Shown here in pieces: positions 1-8,763 of a stretch of 64,000 nt of DNA. A program made the position numbers and the translations under genes. Every line of letters begins with the position of its first letter. The stretch's first letter is position 1. Where the stretch lies: positions 41,499 through 105,498 of the forward strand of contig CAZKWF010000002.1 of the NCBI GenBank assembly GCA_964556565.1. Direction: 5' to 3'. The notes under the pieces are model-generated. The model was not told where the DNA came from, searched no databases, and was given only the letters and a program-made list of their open reading frames with translations. The stretch comes from an uncultured Candidatus Bathyarchaeia archaeon (GTDB taxonomy: Archaea; Thermoproteota; Bathyarchaeia; Bathyarchaeales; Bathyarchaeaceae).

Positions 1-1
1 T

Positions 2-964
2 GTTAAGTTCAATTCTCCTGTGACCTGCGTTGTTAACAGAGAACTATTTGACAAGTATCTTTCCAATCTCGCCGTGAAAGCGGGAGCACAATACCTTTTT
101 GGATCAAGAGCAGAGTCATTTGTTACAGATTCTGGTTTTATCAGAGGAGTTGCTATCAGAAGAGAGAGAACGAAAAAAACCTTAGTATCCAGCCTTGTGA
201 TAGACGCTGAAGGATGCTCATCTATTCTTCTAAAAAAAGCGGGACTACAAACACTGGACTGCTCTATGACCCTGAACGCAGTCCAAGCTGAAGTTGATAG
301 AGTCGATGATGTAAACATGAATGACGCTGAAGTGTATCTCGGGCGAGAATATGCGCCGGGCTTTTTCGCTTGGATAATTCCGAAAAGAGATGCGACAGCC
401 AAGGTGGGTTTGGCCACAAATATGGGGAATCCTCAAGAAAATTTGCATCGATTCATGCAAAAACATCCAGTGGCATCCAAAAAACTGGGAAAAAGCAAGA
501 TTACCCGCCTTTCTTTCCACCCCATCTCACTGGGAGGTGCGATTCCTAAGACCTATTCAAATGGTCTTCTCATCACAGGGGACGCAGCCTCGCAGGTGAA
601 GCCCACAACAGGCGGCGGCGTAATCTTTGGACTAATATGTTCCGAGATTACAGGAAAAGTTGCCCACGAGGCCTTACAGAACCACGATTTTTCCGAAGCC
701 TTCCTGTCACATTATCAGTCTAGATGGAAGGAACAGATAGGCTTCGATCTAGCTGCAATGCAACAAATGAGGAAATTGCTAAACCTCCTATCTGATGATA
801 AAATTGACAGAATTATTGACTCATGCACAAGATTAGGGATAGATACAGTTCTAGAGGAAGTTGGAGACTTGGACTTTCAAGGGGCATCGCTGATTCACAT
901 GATTCGGCACCCATCAACTCTAATCATAACGCTTTACTCCGTCTTTTCAGCGCTCACTACATAA
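2..964 (+). CDS. geranylgeranyl reductase family flavoprotein (digeranylgeranylglycerophospholipid reductase-like), 5' truncated by window edge
   Basis: The frame is open from the window start. Motifs VIDAEG, YAPGFFAWIIPK and LITGDAA are typical of archaeal FAD-dependent GGR enzymes. Confidence 0.8.
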   Translation, partial: VKFNSPVTCVVNRELFDKYLSNLAVKAGAQYLFGSRAESFVTDSGFIRGVAIRRERTKKTLVSSLVIDAEGCSSILLKKAGLQTLDCSMTLNAVQAEVDRVDDVNMNDAEVYLGREYAPGFFAWIIPKRDATAKVGLATNMGNPQENLHRFMQKHPVASKKLGKSKITRLSFHPISLGGAIPKTYSNGLLITGDAASQVKPTTGGGVIFGLICSEITGKVAHEALQNHDFSEAFLSHYQSRWKEQIGFDLAAMQQMRKLLNLLSDDKIDRIIDSCTRLGIDTVLEEVGDLDFQGASLIHMIRHPSTLIITLYSVFSALTT

Positions 965-1005
965 TTTAGAAGTAACAGATGAACATTTAAGTCAACATGA
1001 AATAA

Positions 1006-1386
1006 TTGAGGTTCAGGTCCAAAATGTCTGGATTTAAATATAAACAGGTTATTGTCCTTCGAGTCGATTTAGGAATGAGTGAAGGAAAGATTGCCGCTCA
1101 GGCCGGGCATGCAGCAGTTTCTGCGGCTGAGAAAACAAGGAAGAAAAAACCAGACTGGTGGAGCACTTGGATAAGGGAGGGGCAATGTAAGATCGCTGTG
1201 AAAGCACGGTCTAAGCAAGAGCTTTTAGAGCTTGAGAAAAAAGCCAAGAAGCTGAAGTTGCCGTCAGTGTTGATTACTGATATGGGGTTAACTGAACTTC
1301 CATCAGGCACTATGACATGTTTGGGAATAGGGCCAGCCCCATCGAGCCAAGTGGACAAAATAACTGGTACGCTCGACCTTTTCTGA
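1006..1386 (+). CDS. pth2: peptidyl-tRNA hydrolase, archaeal/eukaryotic Pth2 type
   Basis: KQVIVLRVDLGMSEGKIAAQAGHAAV matches the Pth2 core. The true start may be ATG 1024 (MSGFKYK). Confidence 0.85.
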   Translation: MRFRSKMSGFKYKQVIVLRVDLGMSEGKIAAQAGHAAVSAAEKTRKKKPDWWSTWIREGQCKIAVKARSKQELLELEKKAKKLKLPSVLITDMGLTELPSGTMTCLGIGPAPSSQVDKITGTLDLF

Positions 1387-1395
1387 GGGGATTCT

Positions 1396-2757
1396 TTGAA
1401 TGTTCCTAGGTTGGAGAAGCAGATTGGAATAGAAGTTTATGCCTCTCCATCACTGGGCATTGGTGGGAAAATTCGTCAGTTCTCTGAAGATTTTGTGGTC
1501 GAAGAGGCCTTAGTTGATGGTTCAAAGGCTGAGGTTTCGCCGGTTGAAACTCGACAGCTTGTAGGAAAAGGACGCTATCTTATTTGTGTGCTGGTTAAAC
1601 GGGATTGGGATACGTTTCTTGCAGTGAGAAAAGTTGCAAAACGGTTGGGCATAAGTCCTAAGCGCATTCAAATAGCGGGCATAAAGGACGCTCATGCCCT
1701 CACAGCCCAGCACATCAGTATCCGCCGCATCACACCTGAACAAGTTTCACGGGTTAAAATCAAAGACATCACCCCCCGTCCACTGCGTTTTTCCGAGGAA
1801 ATGGTTTTCTCCCAACTTCTTCTCGGGAATCAATTTCGCGTCTTGATTAGAGCAGTATCCTACACATCTTCTGTGACTGAACGGCGAGTTAGGAAAGTGC
1901 AAAGTGAATTGTTGAGTTTAGGCGGAGTTCCAAATTTTTTTGGGCACCAACGGTTCGGCACCATCAGGCCTATCACTCACTTAGTAGGTCGCTCTATCAC
2001 CAAAGGCGACTGGAAAAATGCTGCCCTCATCTTTCTTGCTCAACCGAGTCCACATGAACATCCAGAGTCAAGAGAAGCACGCCAACAACTGCGGGATACA
2101 CGAAACTTTAGAGAAGCGCTTCGTCTTTTTCCACGGTATCTAAGATATGAACAAATAATGCTTACTCACTTGACTAAGCAGCCAGAAGACTTTGTGGGAG
2201 CGTTCCGAAAGTTGCCTTTGAAGCTACGCAGAATCTTCGTTCAAGCGTACCAGTCTTTTCTTTTTAACAGATTTCTCAGTCAAAGAATCCGGCGTGGCAT
2301 TTCACTTAACGAGGCTCAAGTCGGAGACTATGTGGTGAGCCTTGACAACCATGGGATTCCAACAGATGAGTTCACGTTGGTGACTACTCAGTCTTTCTCC
2401 AGTGTTAAGAAAGCGTTAAACGAAGATAAGATGCGTGTGGCTATTCCTCTTTTAGGCTTCAAGCAAAGCCCTTCTGAGGGAATACAGGGTGAAATTGAGC
2501 AGGGGATTGTTGAAACTGAAAACGTGGTTCCTAGGAAATTCTATGTGCCGTCTATGCCTGAAATAAGCGCACCCGGTAGATTGCGAGCTATTCTAGCACC
2601 TATGATTGATCTTTCTATAGAACAACCAACTGAAGATTCGGTGAATTCTTCCAAACAAAAGGTAAAGCTAAACTTTGCGCTGCGCAGAGGCTCCTATGCA
2701 ACTGTTCTTTTGCGAGAGTTCATGAAACCACGAAATCTGATAAAAGCTGGCTTCTAA
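1396..2757 (+). CDS. truD: tRNA pseudouridine synthase TruD/Pus7 family
   Basis: 453 aa. Contains FVVEE, GIKDAHALTAQ and NFFGHQRFG, which are TruD signature segments. Confidence 0.85.
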   Translation: MNVPRLEKQIGIEVYASPSLGIGGKIRQFSEDFVVEEALVDGSKAEVSPVETRQLVGKGRYLICVLVKRDWDTFLAVRKVAKRLGISPKRIQIAGIKDAHALTAQHISIRRITPEQVSRVKIKDITPRPLRFSEEMVFSQLLLGNQFRVLIRAVSYTSSVTERRVRKVQSELLSLGGVPNFFGHQRFGTIRPITHLVGRSITKGDWKNAALIFLAQPSPHEHPESREARQQLRDTRNFREALRLFPRYLRYEQIMLTHLTKQPEDFVGAFRKLPLKLRRIFVQAYQSFLFNRFLSQRIRRGISLNEAQVGDYVVSLDNHGIPTDEFTLVTTQSFSSVKKALNEDKMRVAIPLLGFKQSPSEGIQGEIEQGIVETENVVPRKFYVPSMPEISAPGRLRAILAPMIDLSIEQPTEDSVNSSKQKVKLNFALRRGSYATVLLREFMKPRNLIKAGF

Positions 2758-2921
2758 TGAGGACTCTCGTTAAGAAGTGCATTAACAGAGTGATTGGGTT
2801 ACAGAGAGAGAACGGAGCTTGGGCGTTAAGAGATGAAAAAACAGCTGTTTCCACAACTATCAATGTATTGAGAGTTTTGAAATGTATAGAGTTCGGCAGC
2901 GTTGAACGAGCTACGGTGTAA
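2757..2921 (+). CDS. candidate 54-aa ORF with a single QxxxGxW (prenyltransferase/squalene-cyclase type) repeat
   Basis: Below the ORF-track size cutoff. Its ATG overlaps the truD stop (TAATG). Translation: MRTLVKKCINRVIGLQRENGAWALRDEKTAVSTTINVLRVLKCIEFGSVERATV. Its 3' end overlaps the convergent aspS. Confidence 0.25.
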   Translation: MRTLVKKCINRVIGLQRENGAWALRDEKTAVSTTINVLRVLKCIEFGSVERATV

Positions 2922-4230
2922 GCCTGAATCGATCTCTTGGAAACAATACAACGTCACGTATATTCTTCTTCCCCGTAAGCATCATAATCAGACGTTCTAA
3001 GCCTATGGCCCATCCTGCATGTGGAGGCATGCCATAATCAAATGCTTTCAAGTGAAATTTGAACGATTCAGGATGTAATCCGTGTTCTTTCAACCTCTTA
3101 ATCAAAAGGTCCTTAGAATGAACACGAGTTCCCCCAGAGGCAAGCTCTATCCACCGCCACATCAGGTCGAAACCCTCGCTTAAGTCAGGATTGTCATCCC
3201 GCTGTTTTATGTAAAACGCCTTTGACTTCGTTGGCCAGTCAGTTATAAAGTAAAAGTATGGATGAACCTTGCCTAATATTCTGAAAGCAGGAGTAGGAAT
3301 ATCCTCTCCCCAAGGAATCGTTATTCCTTCTTTTTTTAGCTCTTTAAGTATTTCATCATAAGTAAACCGTTTGAAAGGAATTCTGGGCACATCAACCTTG
3401 CATTTTAAGGTCTCAAGCTCTTTTCGGCATCTTTCCGCGACAGCCTTGCACACATTATGTACGAGATCTTCCAGAATCTTAATTACGTCAGTTGCTGTTG
3501 CAAACGCTTCTTCGATATCCACGGAAATGAATTCACTTAGGTGACGACGGGTGTGTGATTCTTCAGCTCTGAAAAAAGAGCCGATCTCAAAAACTTTCTC
3601 AAAACTCATGATCAACTGTTCCTTGTACAACTGTGGACTCTGTGCAAGGAAAGCCTCATGATCAAAATATGCTACAGGGAAAAGCGCGGCACCGCCTTCA
3701 GTGGCGGAAGCGATAATTCTTGGTGTGTGTACCTCCACAAAACCGTGTTCAGATAAGAAGTTGCGCAAGGCTTCTAGCACAACATGTTCGATTTTAAAAA
3801 TCGCTTGGCTTTCATCTCGGCGTAAGTCAAGAACCCGTGCATTCAATCGTGTGTCAATCTCTGCTGGGGTTCGACCAGTGACATCCAAAGGCAATGGATG
3901 CTGTGCAATTCCTAATATCCGAATTTCATTGGGGATGATTTCGATTCCTCGTGGGGTTATTTTGGTTTTTTTCACAGTTCCTTTTACGCCGATACTGAAT
4001 TGAGTCTGTAGGGAATCGGCTTTTTCTATCACTTTCTTGCTAGTCTTGCCTCGTAGAACGGTGATCTGAACGGTTCCTTCCCTGTCTTGTAAGATTACGA
4101 ACCGTACGCCGCCTAAGTCTCGAATGTCTCGAACCCAGCCTAAAACCACAACTTCTTTTCCATCTAATTCGGGCTTGACACTCGTTGAATAGTGGGTTCT
4201 GCGCCAGTCTCCTAACTGGTCAATTTCCAT
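2911..4230 (-). CDS. aspS: aspartyl-tRNA synthetase (archaeal type, class IIb)
   Basis: N-terminal OB anticodon-binding domain. Class II motifs FRAEESHTRRHLSEF, GGTRVH and PPHAGWAIGLERL. Confidence 0.9.
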   Translation of the reverse strand: MEIDQLGDWRRTHYSTSVKPELDGKEVVVLGWVRDIRDLGGVRFVILQDREGTVQITVLRGKTSKKVIEKADSLQTQFSIGVKGTVKKTKITPRGIEIIPNEIRILGIAQHPLPLDVTGRTPAEIDTRLNARVLDLRRDESQAIFKIEHVVLEALRNFLSEHGFVEVHTPRIIASATEGGAALFPVAYFDHEAFLAQSPQLYKEQLIMSFEKVFEIGSFFRAEESHTRRHLSEFISVDIEEAFATATDVIKILEDLVHNVCKAVAERCRKELETLKCKVDVPRIPFKRFTYDEILKELKKEGITIPWGEDIPTPAFRILGKVHPYFYFITDWPTKSKAFYIKQRDDNPDLSEGFDLMWRWIELASGGTRVHSKDLLIKRLKEHGLHPESFKFHLKAFDYGMPPHAGWAIGLERLIMMLTGKKNIRDVVLFPRDRFRLTP

Positions 4231-4243
4231 ATGGGTCCTTCCG

Positions 4244-4774
4244 TTAACGCGTAAACTCTACTCTAAGAGTTATTCCTCGAACCTTCTGAGCGATCTCTTT
4301 TAACGCTTTTTCATTCATTGAAGATGGCCTTCGGTGTCTTCTTCTTAAGATCACTTTGGTTTCAGTGGTTCCGTCAGGCAGCCATATAGTGTTTATCGTT
4401 AGGATGTTTGATGGAGCAAACAGATCTTCTAAGAATTTTCTGTAATCTGCTCCCTGCTCCAGTAAACGGATCTTCTTTCCAGTTTTTTCTTCTAAAGTCC
4501 TTACGATTTTTCTGCCGTAAGCTAATAAACGTGCTACATCACCATGTCCGACTATTAAAGCTAGAATGCCGTTTGCTTCCACTGCCTTATGAAAATGAAC
4601 GTCTTGAAGAGGAGGATATGTATTTTCAAGTGGCAAAAGTAGGCGAGCGATTTTCAAGTCTACCTTACTTACCTCTCCTGACTTGAGTTTTGCTCGACAT
4701 TTTGAGCATAAGATTCCGCTTTTTAGGCAGAATTTGCATAATGTTGTTTTCACCCCGACTTTGCTCCTCCTCAT
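4244..4774 (-). CDS. NusA-like KH-domain protein with N-terminal CxxC...CxxC zinc ribbon
   Basis: CKFC..CSKC N-terminus. This is followed by two KH-like modules that resemble archaeal NusA-family proteins in layout. The assignment is tentative. Confidence 0.4.
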   Translation of the reverse strand: MRRSKVGVKTTLCKFCLKSGILCSKCRAKLKSGEVSKVDLKIARLLLPLENTYPPLQDVHFHKAVEANGILALIVGHGDVARLLAYGRKIVRTLEEKTGKKIRLLEQGADYRKFLEDLFAPSNILTINTIWLPDGTTETKVILRRRHRRPSSMNEKALKEIAQKVRGITLRVEFTR

Positions 4775-4820
4775 GAAATAAAGGAGGGGGCGGCGGAGCC
4801 TTTTGAATCATTTGCGTTGT

Positions 4821-5099
4821 TTATTTCGCTAAGGTGATTTCAATGGTGCTGACGTTTGTTGGCGAGCCACCCTCTTCAAATGGTGCCAATTGTTCTGTGC
4901 CGATGTCTATGTTTTTGACTTTTACATCTGGCAAGAACCTTCGTCTGCAGACTTCTACAACGTCAACAGCTCGGCTGATTGCTCTGCCTCTTGCCTTTAC
5001 GCTTATTTTGGTTGCTCCGCCGTGGAAGAGGGTTATGCAAGCCAGTACGTAGTTCATTACTGGCTTTCTTCCTATCAACACATCGGTTCTTTCTGACAT
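4821..5099 (-). CDS. albA: DNA/RNA-binding protein Alba
   Basis: 92 aa. [37 protein letters not shown] matches the Alba fold sequence. GGTGA lies just upstream of the ATG. Confidence 0.9.
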   Translation of the reverse strand: MSERTDVLIGRKPVMNYVLACITLFHGGATKISVKARGRAISRAVDVVEVCRRRFLPDVKVKNIDIGTEQLAPFEEGGSPTNVSTIEITLAK

Positions 5100-5389
5100 T
5101 TCACCGCCTCACTCCTAGTTTTTTTCATGTTTTGTGGCTTCCTATGCTTTTTTGTCGGTGAATAAATACGTTGTGGTTTATCTCTAGTGCAATCTTTAGT
5201 ATGTTTGCGTTGGGATTACGTGGGGAAAAATATGTTAGACTTTAGTAATGGTTTGTTACGCTATTTGTGTTATTCTCTCTCTTATAGACCCCCCTATAGC
5301 CCCCCCTACATTTTTTTCAAATGAGAGTCTATGGAGCGGGATCTGTTGGTGGGTTTGGTTTAGGGTTTGTTTTGGCCTATAATCTTAGA

Positions 5390-5412
5390 GGGGGGTGAGG
5401 GGTTGGGTTGGG
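5390..5412 (+). other. G-quadruplex-type motif (G6-TGA-G4-TT-G3-TT-G3) in the albA/lrp divergent intergenic region
   Basis: GGGGGGTGAGGGGTTGGGTTGGG was read directly. It is preceded by GGGTTT-type repeats and, about 90 nt upstream, by TATAGACCCCCC/TATAGCCCCCCC. Confidence 0.4.
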
Positions 5413-5550
5413 ACTGCACAAAATCTGCTCTGATGGAAGATCGGCTCATAGATGGGTGGCTAATACCAGCGAGTAAAAACCGAAAGCGTTACATGATTGT
5501 TAGCCTTTAAACAGTATACCATTGTAAAGGTTTGCTTTAACTAAGTACAG

Positions 5551-6024
5551 GTGAGCTTTATGACCAAAGAGGTTCCATCCGGACGACCATTCCGCCTGCT
5601 TCGCATGATGTATGCACAAGGCAGTCCCGTGACAATCTACACTATACAGATAAAGCAAAGTGAATTGGCAAAACAGCTTGAGATTAGTCGGCAGGCGTTG
5701 AACGTGCATCTACGCAAGCTTCGAGATCTGGGATGTATTCGAACTGGCAGAGGCTTCATCGACGTGACTGAGGAAGGTCTAAACGCGTTAGGGGTGGCGG
5801 TGAATCCTGCATTTATCTTTATCAAGATTTCTCCCCTTAGAAGAGAAGAGGCATATCGGGAAATGTCGAACTTACCTATTCAACGGATTTTTAGGGTGGC
5901 TGGAGACATGGACGCGGTGCTTTTAGTGGAGCAGGATAAACTTAATGAGACGCTTCGAAAACTAGCCTTGCTGAAGGGAATTAAAGAGACAAAATCTTAC
6001 GTCACCATCCAAACCCTGAAGTAG
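5551..6024 (+). CDS. Lrp/AsnC-type transcriptional regulator (wHTH plus RAM/ligand domain)
   Basis: HTH segment SELAKQLEISRQALNVHLRKLRDLG. C-terminal AsnC-type domain (FIFIKI...VAGDMDAVLLV). Confidence 0.75.
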   Translation: MSFMTKEVPSGRPFRLLRMMYAQGSPVTIYTIQIKQSELAKQLEISRQALNVHLRKLRDLGCIRTGRGFIDVTEEGLNALGVAVNPAFIFIKISPLRREEAYREMSNLPIQRIFRVAGDMDAVLLVEQDKLNETLRKLALLKGIKETKSYVTIQTLK

Positions 6025-6041
6025 CCTAAGGAGACAATCCA

Positions 6042-7187
6042 TTGAAACTCTTTGAACACGAGGCCAAAGCCATCTTCTCGAAACATGGCATACCTACTCC
6101 TCTGGGAAAACTAGCAGATTCTCCAGCAAAAGCGTGGGAAGTAACCATGCAACTCCACACTCCTGTTGCTATCAAAGCGCAAATCACGGTTGCAGGAAGA
6201 GGAAAGGCAGGCGGAATCCTTTTCGCAAATTCGCCAACAGAAGTCAAGGTTGCGACAAAAAAACTGTTGAGTACACGAATAAAAGGCACCAAGGTTCAAA
6301 GCGTTTTGATAGAAGAGAAAGCTTCCATTCGAAAGGAACTGTATTTTGGCATAACTATAGATCGGTCAACTCGTAGCTACGTGGCTGTAGCCTCCTCTGA
6401 AGGTGGGATGGAAATTGAGGAAATCGCTGCCACCACGCCTGAGAAAATAATCAGGGTTTTTATTGATCCATTGTATGGGTTCCGTTCTCATCATGCGCGT
6501 CAAATTGCCAAGAAACTCGGCTACAAAGGGAGGCAGATGCTTGATCTCGCGACGATCTTTTTTAAACTGTATAAAGTAGTCTTGAATTACGATGCTGAAT
6601 TGGCAGAGATGAACCCCCTTGTTGAAACGGCCGAAGGAAAATTTGTCGCGGTGGACACACGTCTTATCATAGATGACAACGCACTCTATCGACACCCAGA
6701 GTTCAAGAAGCGATTAACAGTGATAGAAGCTGAGTTGACCCCGCAAGAACTTGAGGCTCAAAAAAACGGGTTAGTTTACGTTAAGCTTGACGGAAACGTC
6801 GGTGTGATTGGAAACGGCGCAGGATTGGTCATGGCAACTCTAGACGCAATAAAGCTATACGGGGGACATCCAGCGAATTTTCTCGATGTAGGCGGGGGCG
6901 CGACTGCAAGTAGAATCGCAGCTGCGCTTAACCTCGTTTTCTCTGACCCACGAGTCAACGTAGTTTTCGTTAATATTTTAGGGGGCATCACTCGTTGTGA
7001 TGAGGCTGCGAGAGGGATTCTGGAGGCGAAAAGACGAACTGGTTTTCTCAAGCCTGTTGTAATACGGTTGGTGGGAACCAACGAGGAAGAAGGAAAACGT
7101 ATTCTCACAGATGCTGGCTTTCACGTTTTAGACAGCATGGAAGAGGCTGCTGAAAAAGCGATGGCGATTGTGAAAAGTGGAGGGTAG
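6042..7187 (+). CDS. sucC: succinyl-CoA synthetase (ADP-forming) beta subunit
   Basis: MKLFEHEAKAIFSKHGIPTP ATP-grasp N-terminus. C-terminal GNGAGLVMATLD and NILGGITRCD motifs. Confidence 0.9.
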   Translation: MKLFEHEAKAIFSKHGIPTPLGKLADSPAKAWEVTMQLHTPVAIKAQITVAGRGKAGGILFANSPTEVKVATKKLLSTRIKGTKVQSVLIEEKASIRKELYFGITIDRSTRSYVAVASSEGGMEIEEIAATTPEKIIRVFIDPLYGFRSHHARQIAKKLGYKGRQMLDLATIFFKLYKVVLNYDAELAEMNPLVETAEGKFVAVDTRLIIDDNALYRHPEFKKRLTVIEAELTPQELEAQKNGLVYVKLDGNVGVIGNGAGLVMATLDAIKLYGGHPANFLDVGGGATASRIAAALNLVFSDPRVNVVFVNILGGITRCDEAARGILEAKRRTGFLKPVVIRLVGTNEEEGKRILTDAGFHVLDSMEEAAEKAMAIVKSGG

Positions 7188-7190
7188 CTA

Positions 7191-8099
7191 TTGGGCATTT
7201 TCGTTGATAAGAGCACTAAAACTATTGTTCAAGGCATCACCGGAACTCAAGGCAGTTTTCACACTAGGCTTATGCTAGATTATGGAACCAAAATCGTTGC
7301 AGGGGTAACTCCTGGAAAGGGAGACACACAAGTTCACGGAGTTTCAGTTTATGACACCGTGGATGAAGCAGTGAAAAAGCAAGAGGCGAATGCATCCATA
7401 ATTTTTGTTCCTGCACCTTTTGCCGCTGACGCTGCTTTTGAAGCTTTAGACGCTGGACTAGAAACAATCGCCATAATTACTGAGCATGTTGCCGTTAAAG
7501 ATGCTATACAGGTTATGGCACGTGCTAAAAAACAGGGCGCAACTGTTATCGGTCCTAACACTCCAGGTATCATCACTCCTGATGAGTGCAAGCTTGGGAT
7601 TATGCCTGCGCACATTTTTAGGCGAGGGATTGTGGGGGTAGCGTCAAGAAGTGGAACGTTAACCTATGAGATTGCTTCAGGGCTTTCCGCAGTGGGGTTG
7701 GGGCAATCTACTTGTTTGGGTTTAGGAGGCGACCCTGTTGTCGGCCTTAGCTTTGTTGACGTTCTCAAAGAGTTCGAGGAAGATGAGCAGACTGAGGCGG
7801 TTGTGTTGATCGGCGAGATTGGTGGCAACTTGGAAGAACTTGCAGCTAAGTTTATCTCCGCTGAGGGTTATAGTAAGCCTGTGGCGGCTTTTGTTGCCGG
7901 TAGGACGGCGCCTCGAGGTAAGAGGATGGGTCATGCTGGCGCGATTATTATGGGTAGGACTGGGACCGCTCAGAGCAAGATTGATGCGTTTATGGAGGCT
8001 GGTGTTATGGTGGCTGAGAAGCCTAATGATGTGGCTAGATTATTGGCTGAGAAGTTGAAGAAGAAAGGTATATTTACTGGTGGCATGTCTGGAACGTAG
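7191..8099 (+). CDS. sucD: succinyl-CoA synthetase alpha subunit
   Basis: VQGITGTQGSFH, SRSGTLTYE and the phosphohistidine loop GHAGAII. Starts 4 nt after sucC. Confidence 0.9.
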   Translation: MGIFVDKSTKTIVQGITGTQGSFHTRLMLDYGTKIVAGVTPGKGDTQVHGVSVYDTVDEAVKKQEANASIIFVPAPFAADAAFEALDAGLETIAIITEHVAVKDAIQVMARAKKQGATVIGPNTPGIITPDECKLGIMPAHIFRRGIVGVASRSGTLTYEIASGLSAVGLGQSTCLGLGGDPVVGLSFVDVLKEFEEDEQTEAVVLIGEIGGNLEELAAKFISAEGYSKPVAAFVAGRTAPRGKRMGHAGAIIMGRTGTAQSKIDAFMEAGVMVAEKPNDVARLLAEKLKKKGIFTGGMSGT

Positions 8100-8115
8100 T
8101 TAATAAGTTGAGGGT

Positions 8116-8283
8116 ATGGTTATGCCTATTACTGATCCAGTTAAGAAGGCCATTGCTCAAAAGAGTAGGCTTTACATGAAGATTTGTCGGCATTGTGGAG
8201 TACGTAATGCGCCTACTGCGGTTAAGTGCAGGAAGTGTCACAGTAAGAACTTAAGGTGGAAGAAACGGGAGCTTGTCAAATAG
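8116..8283 (+). CDS. rpl40e: ribosomal protein L40e
   Basis: Not in the ORF track (55 aa). Translation: MVMPITDPVKKAIAQKSRLYMKICRHCGVRNAPTAVKCRKCHSKNLRWKKRELVK. This is the classic L40e zinc ribbon. The start could be 8122. Confidence 0.8.
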   Translation: MVMPITDPVKKAIAQKSRLYMKICRHCGVRNAPTAVKCRKCHSKNLRWKKRELVK

Positions 8284-8412
8284 TTTATGTGTGTTGACAC
8301 TTCAGGCAAAGACATTGCCCATCGCAAAGATTACACGGCGTTCAAAATGACATAAACAAAAGAGTATTTATTCCCGTACTTTCTTGAATGGCAACAGATT
8401 ACACAGGGAGAG

Positions 8413-8763
8413 ATGAGTGTGGCAAGTGCGAAAACTGTGATCGGGTACATCATATCTGCTGTTCTTCTGCTTTTCGCCGTTATTTTCGCTCTAGCTTCAG
8501 CGTACGAGCCGATAAGATTAGTTACAAGCGCGTTTCTTTTTCTCGCAGGCTTTGGAATACTGTACTACATTAGAAAACAACAGCCTGTACAGATCACACA
8601 AAAACTTGAGGTTCCTGGAAAGGTCAAAGTTCAAACAATAAGATGCCCCAACTGCTCAGCTTCCTTGGACATAAGTCAAGCGCAAGTAGTAAAGGGCGTA
8701 CCATCGGTCAAGTGCTCCTATTGTGGGCACGTCTTCGAGGTAACCGAGGAACCAAAATGGTAA
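8413..8763 (+). CDS. small membrane protein (2 TM) with C-terminal CxxC...CxxC zinc ribbon
   Basis: Two hydrophobic helices, then RCPNCSASLD...KCSYCGHVFEV. Its stop overlaps the start of the next ORF (ATGGTAA). Confidence 0.5.
   Translation: MSVASAKTVIGYIISAVLLLFAVIFALASAYEPIRLVTSAFLFLAGFGILYYIRKQQPVQITQKLEVPGKVKVQTIRCPNCSASLDISQAQVVKGVPSVKCSYCGHVFEVTEEPKW

Noticed and set aside
3701-4003. Numerous 60-170-aa ORFs antisense to or overlapping long confident genes (for example 3701-4003, 6026-6292, 6776-7108, 36782-37294, 40571-41044, 62802-63308).
   Set aside because: They are fully embedded in strongly supported genes on the opposite strand or in other frames. They have biased, low-information composition and lack start-site signals.
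8388-8573. An alternative-frame 61-aa ORF overlapping the start of the 8413-8763 membrane/zinc-ribbon gene.
   Set aside because: The 8413 frame encodes coherent TM helices plus a zinc ribbon and is translationally coupled to the next gene. The 8388 frame has no such features.
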